A stretch of DNA of 64,000 nucleotides from Candidatus Bathyarchaeia archaeon (lineage in GTDB: Archaea; Thermoproteota; Bathyarchaeia; 40CM-2-53-6). The translations under genes and the position numbers were made by a program. The notes under the pieces are model-generated. The model ran no database searches. It was not told the DNA's origin and saw only the letters and a list, made by a program, of their open reading frames with translations. Below are positions 1 to 9,742 of the stretch, piece by piece. The DNA lies in the NCBI GenBank assembly GCA_050013255.1, contig JBEKFP010000001.1:672001-736000 (forward strand), in the 5' to 3' direction. The stretch's first letter is position 1. Each line of letters opens with the position of its first letter.

Positions 1-17
1 GGTTGTGAAATATTCGC

Positions 18-227
18 TCAAGTCGAACCGTTCCTAGATGATGGCGCAAGGGCGACAGGCTCACAGTCCATGCAGTAATCGGTTTCCTTGTTCGTCCAGT
101 AGACCTTACCACATCGAGGGCAGGTTGTTTTTCTGAGCCAGTCTTTCTTAGCAGGGGGAGCACGCATCAGGTCAGAATGCCTGGCAGCGCATGCACAAGT
201 CCCCGGGTTCTCCTCATCCTGCAACAC
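18..227 (-). CDS. small Cys-rich (CxC, CxxC, CxxC) metal-binding protein of the ars locus
   Basis: 69 aa with CPRC and CMDC pairs, directly downstream of acr3. Confidence 0.6.
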   Translation of the reverse strand: MLQDEENPGTCACAARHSDLMRAPPAKKDWLRKTTCPRCGKVYWTNKETDYCMDCEPVALAPSSRNGST

Positions 228-240
228 GGCGCAACCTCCG

Positions 241-1314
241 CTAGCAGACTCCGCCCATTCCGACTTTTTGAGCGGATTTGGTTTCTACGCTGATTGCTTG
301 GAGGTGGTTTCGCCTTCGACGCGCCATCCAGACAATGGTAAGCATCACTGGAATTTCTATGAGAGGACCAACCACGGTCGAAACCGCCACCATCGGCATC
401 GATGCAAAAGCTGTTAGCGCTATGGCTATTGCGAGTTCAAAGTTCCTTCCGGTGCAGTGAAAGCCCATAGTACATGCATCTTCATAGTTGTAACCCATGC
501 GCTTGGTAGTGTAGTATACGAGGTTGAAAAGCAAGAAGAAGAACAGCACTACAGGAATGGCCATCTGCCAGATTAGGTTAGGATTATCAAGTATTACGCC
601 TCCTCTAAGAGAGAACATTACGACCATCGTGAATAGTAGTGCCAGAAGCTGCATCGTGTTGAAGTAGGGAATCAACTTCCTATTCAACCAGTCCTCAGAT
701 TTCCGTTTGATGACCTCCCTTCGAGTTATTACACCGAAGAGTAACGGTAATCCAAGATAGAGAAGAACGCTCTCTCCGATCAAACCGATATCAATGGAGA
801 TGTATGTTCCTACGAGCAGAGCAATGTACAGAGGCGTTGTGATAACTTGGATAATGGAGTTCCACGCCATGAGAACAATTCCGAGTGGACCATTACCGTT
901 CGCCAGATCAGTCCAGACTAGGACCATTGCAATGCAAGGCGCTACGCCAAGCAGAATCAAGCCTGTCCAGAGATAACGTGCCGTCTCAGCTGTGATTAGG
1001 CCGAAGTAAGGTAGAACCTGCTCGAAGAATACGAACCCGAGCGCATAGAGCAAGAAGGGGTTTACGGCGTAATTGAAGAAGGCGATTACGCCAACCTGCC
1101 TCTTACTTCGTAGCGCAACCTTCAACTCGTTCAACTCGATCTTCGTCATGGCCGGGTAGATCATCAGGAACAGCCCGATTGGAATGCCAATCTGAAGGTA
1201 CTTGCCGAGCTCAGGCAGGTACTTGCCGAGTCCAAGGCCGATGATTATGCAGGCCCCTATCCACACCGCCAAGAGTTTGTCGATCCAACCAAGCCTACTT
1301 GTTTTCTCATTCAT
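241..1314 (-). CDS. acr3: ACR3-family arsenite efflux transporter
   Basis: multi-TM; motifs LMIYPAM, GVAPCIAMVLVW, RNFELAIA, VGPLIEIPV. Confidence 0.93.
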   Translation of the reverse strand: MNEKTSRLGWIDKLLAVWIGACIIIGLGLGKYLPELGKYLQIGIPIGLFLMIYPAMTKIELNELKVALRSKRQVGVIAFFNYAVNPFLLYALGFVFFEQVLPYFGLITAETARYLWTGLILLGVAPCIAMVLVWTDLANGNGPLGIVLMAWNSIIQVITTPLYIALLVGTYISIDIGLIGESVLLYLGLPLLFGVITRREVIKRKSEDWLNRKLIPYFNTMQLLALLFTMVVMFSLRGGVILDNPNLIWQMAIPVVLFFFLLFNLVYYTTKRMGYNYEDACTMGFHCTGRNFELAIAIALTAFASMPMVAVSTVVGPLIEIPVMLTIVWMARRRRNHLQAISVETKSAQKVGMGGVC

Positions 1315-1324
1315 GTTGACGATC

Positions 1325-1399
1325 TCCCACTCCTATGGCCATTGCTAAGAAAATCTAGAGCGTAAGAAACCTGTCGAGCAGCGACAGTCGCTGCGTCAT
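1325..1399 (-). pseudogene. 5' remnant of a second acr3 gene
   Basis: reads MTQRLSLLDRFLTL*IFLAMAIGVG, a typical Acr3 N-terminus with TAG at the conserved Trp position (1357-1355). Confidence 0.7.
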
Positions 1400-1446
1400 T
1401 TTTCCCAGACTCGTGATTCTATGCGCTGATGGTACAAAGGAAATGA

Positions 1447-2181
1447 TCAGCTAGGTTTCGAGGCCTTCCAGGCCATGCTCTTCACGTGAAGTTGCTGCGA
1501 CGCCGTTTCCTCGTTTATTGGGTGGGATTCATCCGATCCTTGCACTTCTATGAAACCCGCCTTTTCGAGGATACCTCGGTACTCGTTGGGCGTAACGGCC
1601 CCTGATATGCAAGCTGCCCATTCTTCTGGCTTGATTGGCTTTCGGCCTTCTTGAGTAGCAACCATGTCTGACACTGAAATTCTACCTCCGGGTTTGAGGA
1701 CACGGTAGATTTCTTTGAACGCTAATTCCTTGTTTGGGACCAAGTTCAGCACGCAGTTGCTTATGACTAGGTCCACAGAGTCACTCTCAATGGGCATGTG
1801 CTCTATCTCCCCGAGTCGAAACTCCACATTTTCATAATCATGTTTCTTGGCTGTTTCACGTGCGCGGAAAATCATTTCGGGAGTGGCATCAAGCCCGATT
1901 ATCTTGCCCGATTTGCCTACGAGTTTCGATGCACGGAAGACATCGACGCCTCCGCCACTACCAAGGTCCAGTATGGTTTCCCCCTCCCGAACCTCGGCAT
2001 GCGCTAGGGGCAAACCACAACTTGCAACGACATTCAAAGCCTCACTGGGAAGATCACCTTCCTCCATTACTCCCGTGGCGCAGCACGAGTTCTCGGCCCC
2101 TCCTCCGCAGCATGGTTCATTCAACACAGCCAGTTTGCTGTAGTGTTTTCTTACAGCTTCCTTGATTTGTTCTTCACTCAT
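1447..2181 (-). CDS. arsM: arsenite S-adenosylmethionine methyltransferase
   Basis: LDLGSGGG SAM motif, SCG, ISNCVLNL, WAACISGA; start taken at MSEEQIKEAVR (2181). Confidence 0.9.
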   Translation of the reverse strand: MSEEQIKEAVRKHYSKLAVLNEPCCGGGAENSCCATGVMEEGDLPSEALNVVASCGLPLAHAEVREGETILDLGSGGGVDVFRASKLVGKSGKIIGLDATPEMIFRARETAKKHDYENVEFRLGEIEHMPIESDSVDLVISNCVLNLVPNKELAFKEIYRVLKPGGRISVSDMVATQEGRKPIKPEEWAACISGAVTPNEYRGILEKAGFIEVQGSDESHPINEETASQQLHVKSMAWKASKPS

Positions 2182-2202
2182 GTTCGCTCGTCCACAAGAC
2201 AT

Positions 2203-2239
2203 CAGAACAACATATTTAAGAATGTTGATATGTATTCTG
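2203..2239. promoter_or_regulatory. divergent arsM/arsR promoter with inverted-repeat operator
   Basis: ACATAT-N12-ATATGT (2210-2233) nested in CAGAA...TTCTG within a ~70-bp divergent gap. Confidence 0.6.
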
Positions 2240-2250
2240 TTTTGGTCAGC

Positions 2251-2649
2251 ATGAGCGCAACAATCGCCCAAGCAAGAGTCAAACGCCTCGTAAACCTCGG
2301 GTTAGTCAACTCTAATTGCACCCCCAACGAACGAATTACGCAACTGAAATCGAGAATAAGCGAGGATGACGTCACCTTTCGAGAACTGAAGACATTCTTC
2401 TCCGCGCTTGGTGATTCTACTCGGCTGAGGATGCTTAGGCTGATTGGTGATGAGGAGTTATGCTCTTGCGAAGTCATGGCCACCCTTGAGCTGACACAGC
2501 CGACCACTTCGCACCACCTAGGAATACTCGAAAGGGCTGGGCTCCTCAGTTCACGGCGCAACGGGAAATGGGTATTCTACAAGATAGCGAACCCGAAAGT
2601 CAAGAACCTGATCACTAAAGGATTCAAACTCATTGAGGGGGCGGAGTGA
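2251..2649 (+). CDS. arsR: ArsR/SmtB metalloregulator
   Basis: ALGDSTRLRML, ELCSCE metal site, SHHLGIL; start placed at ATG 2251. Confidence 0.88.
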   Translation: MSATIAQARVKRLVNLGLVNSNCTPNERITQLKSRISEDDVTFRELKTFFSALGDSTRLRMLRLIGDEELCSCEVMATLELTQPTTSHHLGILERAGLLSSRRNGKWVFYKIANPKVKNLITKGFKLIEGAE

Positions 2650-3047
2650 TGAAGCGAGTGCTCTTTGTCTGCGTAGAGAACGCGGGCAGAAGCCAGATGG
2701 CTGAGGCCATTGCACGCTCATACGGGATCGAGGCTACTAGCGCAGGCACGATCCCGGCGGCAGCAGTCAACCCAACCGTCGTTGAAGCCATGAAAGAGAG
2801 GGGGTTCAATCTGTCTTCCACCAAGCCGAAGCTTCTGACCCCCCAGATGATTGAAGCGGCCGACTACGTTGTTACAATGGGCTGCCGTGTCGAAGACGTT
2901 TGCCCAAGACCCCTGATCGTCAAGATGGAGAAGAAGCTTGTTGATTGGCACATCGACGACCCTAAAGGAAAACCGGTGGAGGATGTCCGCAAGATACGAA
3001 GCGAAATAGAAAACCGCGTTATTGAATTGCTCAAGAAACCAAGCTAA
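2646..3047 (+). CDS. arsC: thioredoxin-coupled arsenate reductase (LMW-PTP fold)
   Basis: CVENAGRSQMAE P-loop, MGC...CP, WHIDDP. Confidence 0.9.
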   Translation: MMKRVLFVCVENAGRSQMAEAIARSYGIEATSAGTIPAAAVNPTVVEAMKERGFNLSSTKPKLLTPQMIEAADYVVTMGCRVEDVCPRPLIVKMEKKLVDWHIDDPKGKPVEDVRKIRSEIENRVIELLKKPS

Positions 3048-4365
3048 TCCACGCAGCGATTCCATTCAGGCTAAGCACTGAAAAGCGGACCTTGTTTATG
3101 TAGCCCCTTGTCCTGCGACCTTGACGCGGCCGGAGGAACCATACAACGAACGCTGCTAGGAAGATGGCTGCGACAATGGCGAGACCGGGTAACGTTGGCG
3201 AGGGTTCGAAGTATGACCGCGTGGCCAAGATAGTCACATCATCGACGGCAGTTGCAATTCCCATTGTTATCGAGAGGGTTATGTTCTTTCCTGCGAAACC
3301 GGTCAAGTCACGCGTAATCACGCTGGCTGGTTCCGTTCCTAACGTGTTTTTGCCGAATGCGTAGGTTTCCGGTTCATCCAAGGTTCCGTTGAACATAATC
3401 CCAGCTGGAGTAATGCCGAGAAGAACCCAAGGTACATCCCCTCCGATACTGGTGGGATTATCCGCCCAAGCCTTGATCGACAGCGAGATCCTCGTCGCAT
3501 CATGAGGCAAGTGAACTTCTTGAAAAGCCTGACCTAGCGGAAAATCTGGGACCCCCTGCAGTTTCAGGTGAGGGTTTCCGGGAGACCCTTTTTCAGAGGC
3601 CGTCATGCAACAAGACGAAGTGTTTTGCTGATATTCGCTCCAATATTTCCAATGCTGAGTACCCTGAGAAAAATCTCCATTCTGGACCAAGTTTGTTTGT
3701 TGCGTGAACATTGGTTCGGGTGACGACGGGGCCGCAATTATGGATATGTCATCGACTGCGACTTGGTCCCCGGCAACACGGAAGATTAAGGGGTCACCAA
3801 GATTGAAGATCGTAATGTCACGGGTTATTGTAGTGAACTCACGTCTTGGGACTTGGAACAATTCATAGTTATCAAACTCAGCAGCGCTCGTCGCCTCCCT
3901 CATCAGCTGAGTAGTCAAATTGCCTCCGAGGCCTCTATCCAAGGCGACGCGCACGTAACTATAGTTACCCAAAGCCCAAGCTCTGAGGGAGAGGGTTATT
4001 CTAGCTGCGTCTTTGGGAAGGCGAAGTGAGTCCTTGTAAACATCCTGCTCGAACCGTTCCATCCCATACGCACCACCATTCCCTGTCCAGAGCTCTAGGT
4101 GCGGATTTCCCGGCGTCTCCTCATCCGAAACCATCACGCAACCGTAATACCCCCCAATGTCTGAAGGGTTACCTACTTGGCACGGGTTAGTTGGACCGTC
4201 CACAATCCAGTGCTCAAGGCCTTGAGAAAAATCTCCATTTTCCACAAGATTCTCCTGCGCGGCCGCGGGCACTGGAAACGCCGTTAACAGCATGTTGGCG
4301 ACTAGAATTCCACAGATCAGGGATAGTGAGGAAACGGCCGTCCTCAAAGAGGACCCTGACTTCAT
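3031..4365 (-). CDS. membrane-anchored surface protein with two carbohydrate-binding-like beta domains
   Basis: signal peptide, internal duplication NLV(E/Q)NGDFSQG...PGNPHL...AVDD, C-terminal TM plus basic tail. Confidence 0.65.
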   Translation of the reverse strand: MKSGSSLRTAVSSLSLICGILVANMLLTAFPVPAAAQENLVENGDFSQGLEHWIVDGPTNPCQVGNPSDIGGYYGCVMVSDEETPGNPHLELWTGNGGAYGMERFEQDVYKDSLRLPKDAARITLSLRAWALGNYSYVRVALDRGLGGNLTTQLMREATSAAEFDNYELFQVPRREFTTITRDITIFNLGDPLIFRVAGDQVAVDDISIIAAPSSPEPMFTQQTNLVQNGDFSQGTQHWKYWSEYQQNTSSCCMTASEKGSPGNPHLKLQGVPDFPLGQAFQEVHLPHDATRISLSIKAWADNPTSIGGDVPWVLLGITPAGIMFNGTLDEPETYAFGKNTLGTEPASVITRDLTGFAGKNITLSITMGIATAVDDVTILATRSYFEPSPTLPGLAIVAAIFLAAFVVWFLRPRQGRRTRGYINKVRFSVLSLNGIAAWISLVS

Positions 4366-4525
4366 TCTATGAAACGCCTGATTTACACATTGAGCCCCGC
4401 ATACCCACGTGAACATCAGAGACAAGCAGCGCACCCCATTTCAAGCATATTCCTCCAAGTTGAATGTGCCAATTTACTTCGTTTTCGCGTAAGCACACGA
4501 TTAAGCTCCTTCGGCCTCTTGGTTT

Positions 4526-4551
4526 GTGTCGGTCTAATGGCGTGCACTTAA
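4526..4551 (-). repeat. dispersed ~26-bp repeat, degenerate copy
   Basis: GTGTCGGTCTAATGGCGTGCAC resembles the reverse complement of GTGTGTGCGCACCATTAGACCCACAC. Confidence 0.65.
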
Positions 4552-4564
4552 CGATGGATTGAGC

Positions 4565-5044
4565 TTATCGGCCGGACATGATTGAGGCTAGGGTGAACAT
4601 TGTGCACCCCAACCCAAGAGGAACCAACCCAATCAACAAGAAAATTGCTGATAAGTTTGGCGCGGTCCTCGTTAGCGGTCGAAACAGCGAAAGGTAGAAT
4701 GAAAGTGAAATTTCTGCAGTGAACACCGAAAGTGTTAGAATCCCAAACAAAACTGCTGCTGCATTAGCTTTTGATTTCTCAAACGATAAAACTACAGCAG
4801 CTACAACAAAGGATGAAGCCATTGAAGCATTAGTTACGAATGGTGTCAACGCCCTAAGATAACCCGATCTGAAAGCTGCGCCTGCTCCACCATTTTCGGT
4901 GACTGCTCCCATCAAGATCGGGAGAAGTACCGAGAATGCAATCAATGCCAGTCCAACAATGGCCAAGAGAGCTTCAGGGAATCGTAGACGTGTGGAATGT
5001 TTCGTATCTTGATTATCGGGTTGTGTTGACGTTGATTTCACCAA
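4565..5044 (-). CDS. hypothetical 4-TM membrane protein
   Basis: four hydrophobic segments. Confidence 0.6.
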   Translation of the reverse strand: MVKSTSTQPDNQDTKHSTRLRFPEALLAIVGLALIAFSVLLPILMGAVTENGGAGAAFRSGYLRALTPFVTNASMASSFVVAAVVLSFEKSKANAAAVLFGILTLSVFTAEISLSFYLSLFRPLTRTAPNLSAIFLLIGLVPLGLGCTMFTLASIMSGR

Positions 5045-5093
5045 GCAGTCTCAGCGACCGCGGCATGGGTCGGCGTGAACATGATAGGGCGTG

Positions 5094-5381
5094 TTAGTTG
5101 ACGGCTTTCAGCTTTGTTTGCATCGTTGCAGGTTTGTCGCGCCTATCATCAATTTTCAAAGTGGTGACAACCCTCTTGGCACCCGTCTCGACGACCGCTA
5201 GGTGAGCTGCCTTCACTGCGTCAAGAATCTCATCAATGCTAGCAGCTTCAAGCGAAGTCCCATTAGGCCCTGAAACCGTTTTGAGCCCTGACTTCTTCAG
5301 ACTCGCCACTGCGACCCTGACGAACCGGCTGATGCTTGACCCTTCACCGAGAACTGAAACACTAACCTCTGCAACTATCAT
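5094..5381 (-). CDS. MTH1187/YkoF-like thiamine-binding protein
   Basis: MIVAEVSV...GPNGTSLE...RVVTTLKIDDRRDK; start placed at ATG 5381. Confidence 0.85.
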   Translation of the reverse strand: MIVAEVSVSVLGEGSSISRFVRVAVASLKKSGLKTVSGPNGTSLEAASIDEILDAVKAAHLAVVETGAKRVVTTLKIDDRRDKPATMQTKLKAVN

Positions 5382-5536
5382 CTTACGATCGGCAATACTA
5401 GAACGGACCCACCAAATATCTTCGCCGTTACTGACCGGGTGATAGGACTCTTGCCGTTGAAGACCGTCTATGTGACGAATCTCCGCACCTTTCTTCGCAT
5501 CCCTCACGATTAACTCCCGTTAAAGACGAAGTTGTT

Positions 5537-6598
5537 CTAGCCACCTATCTTGCTGCCACATTCAGTGCAGAAGTTGGCCACAGTTGGCAAGGGGGACCCG
5601 CAATTCATGCAATAATTCCTTTCCTTCGCCCTCATGATGCCTGTCTGCTGCTGTTTCTTTCTCTTGTTACGAGCGTTGAAGGCGAACACGGCCACGAGGA
5701 TGAGCGCAGCTGCTCCTAAACCCCCCAATACGGTCTGGGAGATTGCCTTGATTAGGGTCGAGGTCAATGAGGCACCAGAATTGTTGAGAGGTAGAGTTGA
5801 AAGCAGCTCGCCGTCCTTCCTCAGCTGCTGACCCGTGCCGGCGATTATGTCAGTAGGCCCCAAGACTGTAACACCGTAAGGAATCGCTACGTCGCATTCG
5901 GGTTTCTCTACACCGCAACCTGAAATTGCGTAAAGAAATTTCACCAGGTGCCACTCGTTCCGCGCATAATATGAGGGAGTTCTAAATTCAACAGGCCCCA
6001 AGCTTCCACTCGCCGTAGCTGAGTTACCTCCTTCCTCCGCTACAACGGAAACGGGGTCCCTTGAAACCGTCCACGGGTAGTTCAGTTTCGAAACGGTTTG
6101 CCCATCAAGTAGAAAGGCCCACCCATTTGTAACATTGGCCATGATCTGGTAGAGGTGCCACGCCCCTTCCTGGCCGACTGAATTTCTTGGGCCGATAGCA
6201 AAGTAGTAGTTAGGGACCTTCGCATCCGGCCAGTACTCCCAAAACCATCGTGCATCACCATTCTCAACCAAGTCGAAAGATCCCGAGCAGGTCGAATTTC
6301 CTCCAGAACTATACCCGTACATGCAATAGTTTCCGCTAGTTGCTAGGTCGTAACCGAACTGTATGAAAGATCCGTTTTGTAGATTGCTTCCGACCCAGAA
6401 CGCAGCGCCAAAATCTTGATCACCAAGGGTGGAGACATGGGTGCGAATTTCAACGCCAACCCCCATGTTCCCCCGAGAAGCACTATCAGCAAAAGCCCCA
6501 ACCTGAATACTATAGGCCGCCTGCGCCGTTGCCTGTGGCAGAAAAAGCAGGAACATTAACAACGCAATAACCGGGAGAATTCTACGAACGCGCAACAT
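5537..6598 (-). CDS. secreted, membrane-anchored glutamic-peptidase(G1)-like protein with C-terminal zinc ribbon
   Basis: signal peptide, FWVG...FIQFGY and SVVAEE, TM, CMNC...CTEC; paralogue of 51028..52410. Confidence 0.55.
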   Translation of the reverse strand: MLRVRRILPVIALLMFLLFLPQATAQAAYSIQVGAFADSASRGNMGVGVEIRTHVSTLGDQDFGAAFWVGSNLQNGSFIQFGYDLATSGNYCMYGYSSGGNSTCSGSFDLVENGDARWFWEYWPDAKVPNYYFAIGPRNSVGQEGAWHLYQIMANVTNGWAFLLDGQTVSKLNYPWTVSRDPVSVVAEEGGNSATASGSLGPVEFRTPSYYARNEWHLVKFLYAISGCGVEKPECDVAIPYGVTVLGPTDIIAGTGQQLRKDGELLSTLPLNNSGASLTSTLIKAISQTVLGGLGAAALILVAVFAFNARNKRKKQQQTGIMRAKERNYCMNCGSPLPTVANFCTECGSKIGG

Positions 6599-6718
6599 AC
6601 AAGCTCACTCTCAGCTTCCCCCTAATCATCTAATCGGCAGGGAGCTAGTTTTTGCTCGAAACTGTTCGAGGGCTTAGGAGTTGACGTGAAACTTAGGCTT
6701 GCCTTCCAAAACTAATAT

Positions 6719-7264
6719 ATGCCAAAGAAACCGGGCGGCACTAAGATCCTTTTGCCAGATGAGATAGTAGAAATTGACGGTCCGAATCATCTCTTCAAGG
6801 ACAATCTCCTAGACGGCCTCGTTGGGAGGTGGAATGTAACCGGAACAATCGCGGGCCAATCAATCACACATTTCTGCGAAGCTGACTGGGTCCTCAATCA
6901 TCAATTCTTGAGAGTCCACTTCATCGATGTGGAATCCAGAAGCCTTCAAGATCAACGAGACAACAAGGAGCATCAGCACGCTCCGTACGAAGCAATCGTC
7001 TTTGTTGGCTATGATAACATGAGTGAGCGTTACGTAGTTCACTGGCTCGATATCTTTGGCGGCCGCTTTTCCGAAACTTTGGGGTTTGGCGAAAGAGAAA
7101 ATAACGAATCGATCAAGTTTGCGTTCGAGTATCCATCTGGCCCTCTTCATAACACCTTTAGCAGGAATGCAGACAAAGACGCATGGTCAGTCGTCATCGA
7201 GCAGAAAGATGACAAGGGCAAATGGACAGTCTTTGCGAACGAGGTTCTTGAAAGGACTAAGTAG
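6719..7264 (+). CDS. DUF1579-like beta-barrel protein
   Basis: LVGRWNVTG, WVLNHQFL, GYDN...YVVHWLD pattern. Confidence 0.6.
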   Translation: MPKKPGGTKILLPDEIVEIDGPNHLFKDNLLDGLVGRWNVTGTIAGQSITHFCEADWVLNHQFLRVHFIDVESRSLQDQRDNKEHQHAPYEAIVFVGYDNMSERYVVHWLDIFGGRFSETLGFGERENNESIKFAFEYPSGPLHNTFSRNADKDAWSVVIEQKDDKGKWTVFANEVLERTK

Positions 7265-7287
7265 CAAACCGCGCAGCGGTGTAGTGG

Positions 7288-7372
7288 TGGTGGGTCTAAT
7301 GGTGCGCACACACACTTTTACTAACGACGGACGACGGTTCAAATTACGATGCCCGCACCATTAGAGGCAAAC
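7288..7372. repeat. inverted doublet of the dispersed repeat
   Basis: TGGTGGGTCTAATGGTGCGCACACAC (7288-7313) and CGCACCATTAGAGGCAAAC (7354-7372). Confidence 0.85.
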
Positions 7373-7484
7373 ACGCGAAACTGGCCGGTTGCGTATGAGG
7401 AACCAGCCAAAGACATGATTATCAGATGTAGCAATCGGCCGAAAGCAATCCATCCGACTTTTAACCAATAACACCCGAGCAATT

Positions 7485-7652
7485 ATGAAGAGCAAATTGA
7501 GGGTCGTCGAAGTTCGGAAGGATAAGACGATAGACCTCCCCGACAATGCTGTCCCAGTAAAACTGGAACAAGTAACCGAACCCACGGGACTCGTAAATCC
7601 CGCACCGTCTTCAGAAAGATTCGTCCTCTACTATCTTGAGAAAGAACGCTAA
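7485..7652 (+). CDS. unannotated 55-aa protein
   Basis: MKSKLRVVEVRKDKTIDLPDNAVPVKLEQVTEPTGLVNPAPSSERFVLYYLEKER; TTTTAA box about 25 nt upstream. Confidence 0.55.
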   Translation: MKSKLRVVEVRKDKTIDLPDNAVPVKLEQVTEPTGLVNPAPSSERFVLYYLEKER

Positions 7653-7721
7653 AGCCATCTCTGCATCAAGATTCCTTCTGACCGAAGACATCATACAAAG
7701 CAATGCGAAGGAGGTGAAATC

Positions 7722-8273
7722 ATGGCTAGAGTAGCACGCGAAATGGTAGTGAAGGCTGGCGTAAACGTCGACCAACTCCTCGACCTACTGGTCAGAAACG
7801 CGGCCGCTGAACTAACAACATTCTACTACTACACAATCCTCCGATGCAACCTAATCGGCCTGGAAGGCGAAGGAATCAAGCAACTCGCTGAGACAGCTCG
7901 AATTGAGGATCGCAATCACTTCGAAGCCCTCGTCCCACGCATATACGAACTCGGCGGCAAACTCCCAGACGACATGAAAACATTCCATGACTTGACCGCA
8001 TGCCCACCCGCTAGACTGCCCAAAGATCCAACGGATATCAAAGCAATGTTGACGGTGCTGGTAAATGCGGAAAGATGCGCAGTAGCCGGATACTCACACG
8101 TTTGCAACATTACCGCAGGCAAAGACCATCGCACATACGACCTATCCCTAGCAATTCTGAACGAGGAAGTGGAGCATGAATCATGGTTCAGCGAATTCCT
8201 AGGAGAAGGCCCATCCGGACACTTCATGCGGCAAGGCGACACGTCACCATTCGTATCGAAATTCCTGAAGTAG
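7722..8273 (+). CDS. dps: Dps-like (DpsL) ferritin-superfamily protein
   Basis: AAELTTFYYYTILR, EDRNHFE, AERCA, EEVEHE; SD GGAGGTGA upstream. Confidence 0.9.
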   Translation: MARVAREMVVKAGVNVDQLLDLLVRNAAAELTTFYYYTILRCNLIGLEGEGIKQLAETARIEDRNHFEALVPRIYELGGKLPDDMKTFHDLTACPPARLPKDPTDIKAMLTVLVNAERCAVAGYSHVCNITAGKDHRTYDLSLAILNEEVEHESWFSEFLGEGPSGHFMRQGDTSPFVSKFLK

Positions 8274-8337
8274 AAGTCGAATCAACATATTCGTCCAGCT
8301 AAACCTCTTCTTTTCTCGACGGTTTTTCTTGTTTTGT

Positions 8338-8451
8338 GTGTGTGCGCACAACTATACTCACACACATGCAATAGAGATGATTTTTTCCTAGATTGGGCTT
8401 TCCTGTAAATTGAGTAACCCGCCGGGTGTGATCTTAGTGGTGCGCACCCAG
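8338..8451. repeat. inverted doublet of the dispersed repeat
   Basis: GTGTGTGCGCACAACTATACTCACAC (8338-8363) and GTGTGATCTTAGTGGTGCGCACCCAG (8426-8451). Confidence 0.8.
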
Positions 8452-8522
8452 AGCTGAGTCCTGGCCGGTTAACCGTACCAAGGTCTTTCTAAGAGGGTTC
8501 TCCTATTGCGTCCAAGAATCTG

Positions 8523-9110
8523 ATGACCCCTGAGAAATCAGCCTCAGTAATCTCGCTCGTCTTCAACCCGGCCGTAACAGCGGCGTTCACATTCCTGATT
8601 CTGTTGTACCCTATGCGAAGCATGCAAACATTTCTCTTGCTGATGGCAACCTGTATCACATTTGGAACCATGGTCCCGCTTGTGATGATGTATCAACTTA
8701 CAAAACGCGGCCTCATTTCGGATTTCAATGTTTCAGAGAGGCAAGAACGGACAAAACCGTTCGTTGGAGCAGCAGTCAGCTATCTCGCCGGCAGTGGCGC
8801 TTTATTGTTGTTGAAAGCCCCAACCATAATCATCACATTGATGCTCTGCTACGCTTGCAACACGGTCATAATGCTGCTCATAACGCTTCGATGGAAGATC
8901 AGTATTCATGCGTCAGGCATCGCAGGTCCTACGACCGCTCTAGTCTACAGTATAGGTACGTGGGCTGCAGTTTTCTTTATCCTGCTCATCCCTGTTGGGT
9001 GGGCAAGAGTGCAACTAAAGGTGCACACTCCATGGCAGATATTCGCGGGAGCATTAGTGACCGCAATCGCGACATGGCTACAGCTGAAAATCTACTTCTC
9101 AATTCTCTGA
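8523..9110 (+). CDS. PAP2-like membrane phosphoesterase
   Basis: KISIH and WARVQLKVHT motifs, multi-TM. Confidence 0.7.
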   Translation: MTPEKSASVISLVFNPAVTAAFTFLILLYPMRSMQTFLLLMATCITFGTMVPLVMMYQLTKRGLISDFNVSERQERTKPFVGAAVSYLAGSGALLLLKAPTIIITLMLCYACNTVIMLLITLRWKISIHASGIAGPTTALVYSIGTWAAVFFILLIPVGWARVQLKVHTPWQIFAGALVTAIATWLQLKIYFSIL

Positions 9111-9136
9111 GTGGTTAACACTAAGAGGTATTCGCT

Positions 9137-9703
9137 TTGACCGAAAACACGCGCAAGGCCGTGCATCTCTTAGCTTTACTCGTCCCACCCGTCTCTGAAC
9201 TAACCTCGAAACCTTTAGTTCTGGCTGCGCTTTCCATAATCACAATTGCATATGTTCTTGGGGAAGTACTGCGCCTCAAAGGCCACCACTTGCCGATTAT
9301 CACGCCATTCACACTGAAGATGAGCCGGCCCGAAGAGAGAAGAAGCTTCATCATACGACCGGCATATCTCGCAATTGGTATCATTCTGGCGTTGGTCTTC
9401 TATCCCAGCACGATCGCTTATGCGTCAATATGCATCGGGGCGATCGGTGATTCTGCCGCTGCCATTGTGGGAGAGAGATTCGGTCACAGGCGAATTGTTA
9501 GGCGGAAGACGGTAGAGGGCTTTGCTGCAGGCTTGACCGCTGCTTTCCTTCTGGCTTCCTTTTTCGTCTCTCCTTTCATAGCTCTACTAGGTGCAGTCGG
9601 AGCTATGATTATGGAACTTCTCGATGTGCCAGATGACAACCTCACAATGCCAATCGTCGCGGGGGCATTGATGACTCTCGCGACTCTAACAGTCCGCTTA
9701 TAG
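9137..9703 (+). CDS. dolichol/phytol kinase family (SEC59/VTE5) protein
   Basis: RKAVH, GDSAAAIVGERFG, KTVEG, DDNLTMP. Confidence 0.8.
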   Translation: MTENTRKAVHLLALLVPPVSELTSKPLVLAALSIITIAYVLGEVLRLKGHHLPIITPFTLKMSRPEERRSFIIRPAYLAIGIILALVFYPSTIAYASICIGAIGDSAAAIVGERFGHRRIVRRKTVEGFAAGLTAAFLLASFFVSPFIALLGAVGAMIMELLDVPDDNLTMPIVAGALMTLATLTVRL

Positions 9704-9742
9704 CGGGCCCATTTGTGCTGTGTTATGTCGTGATGGGACATG

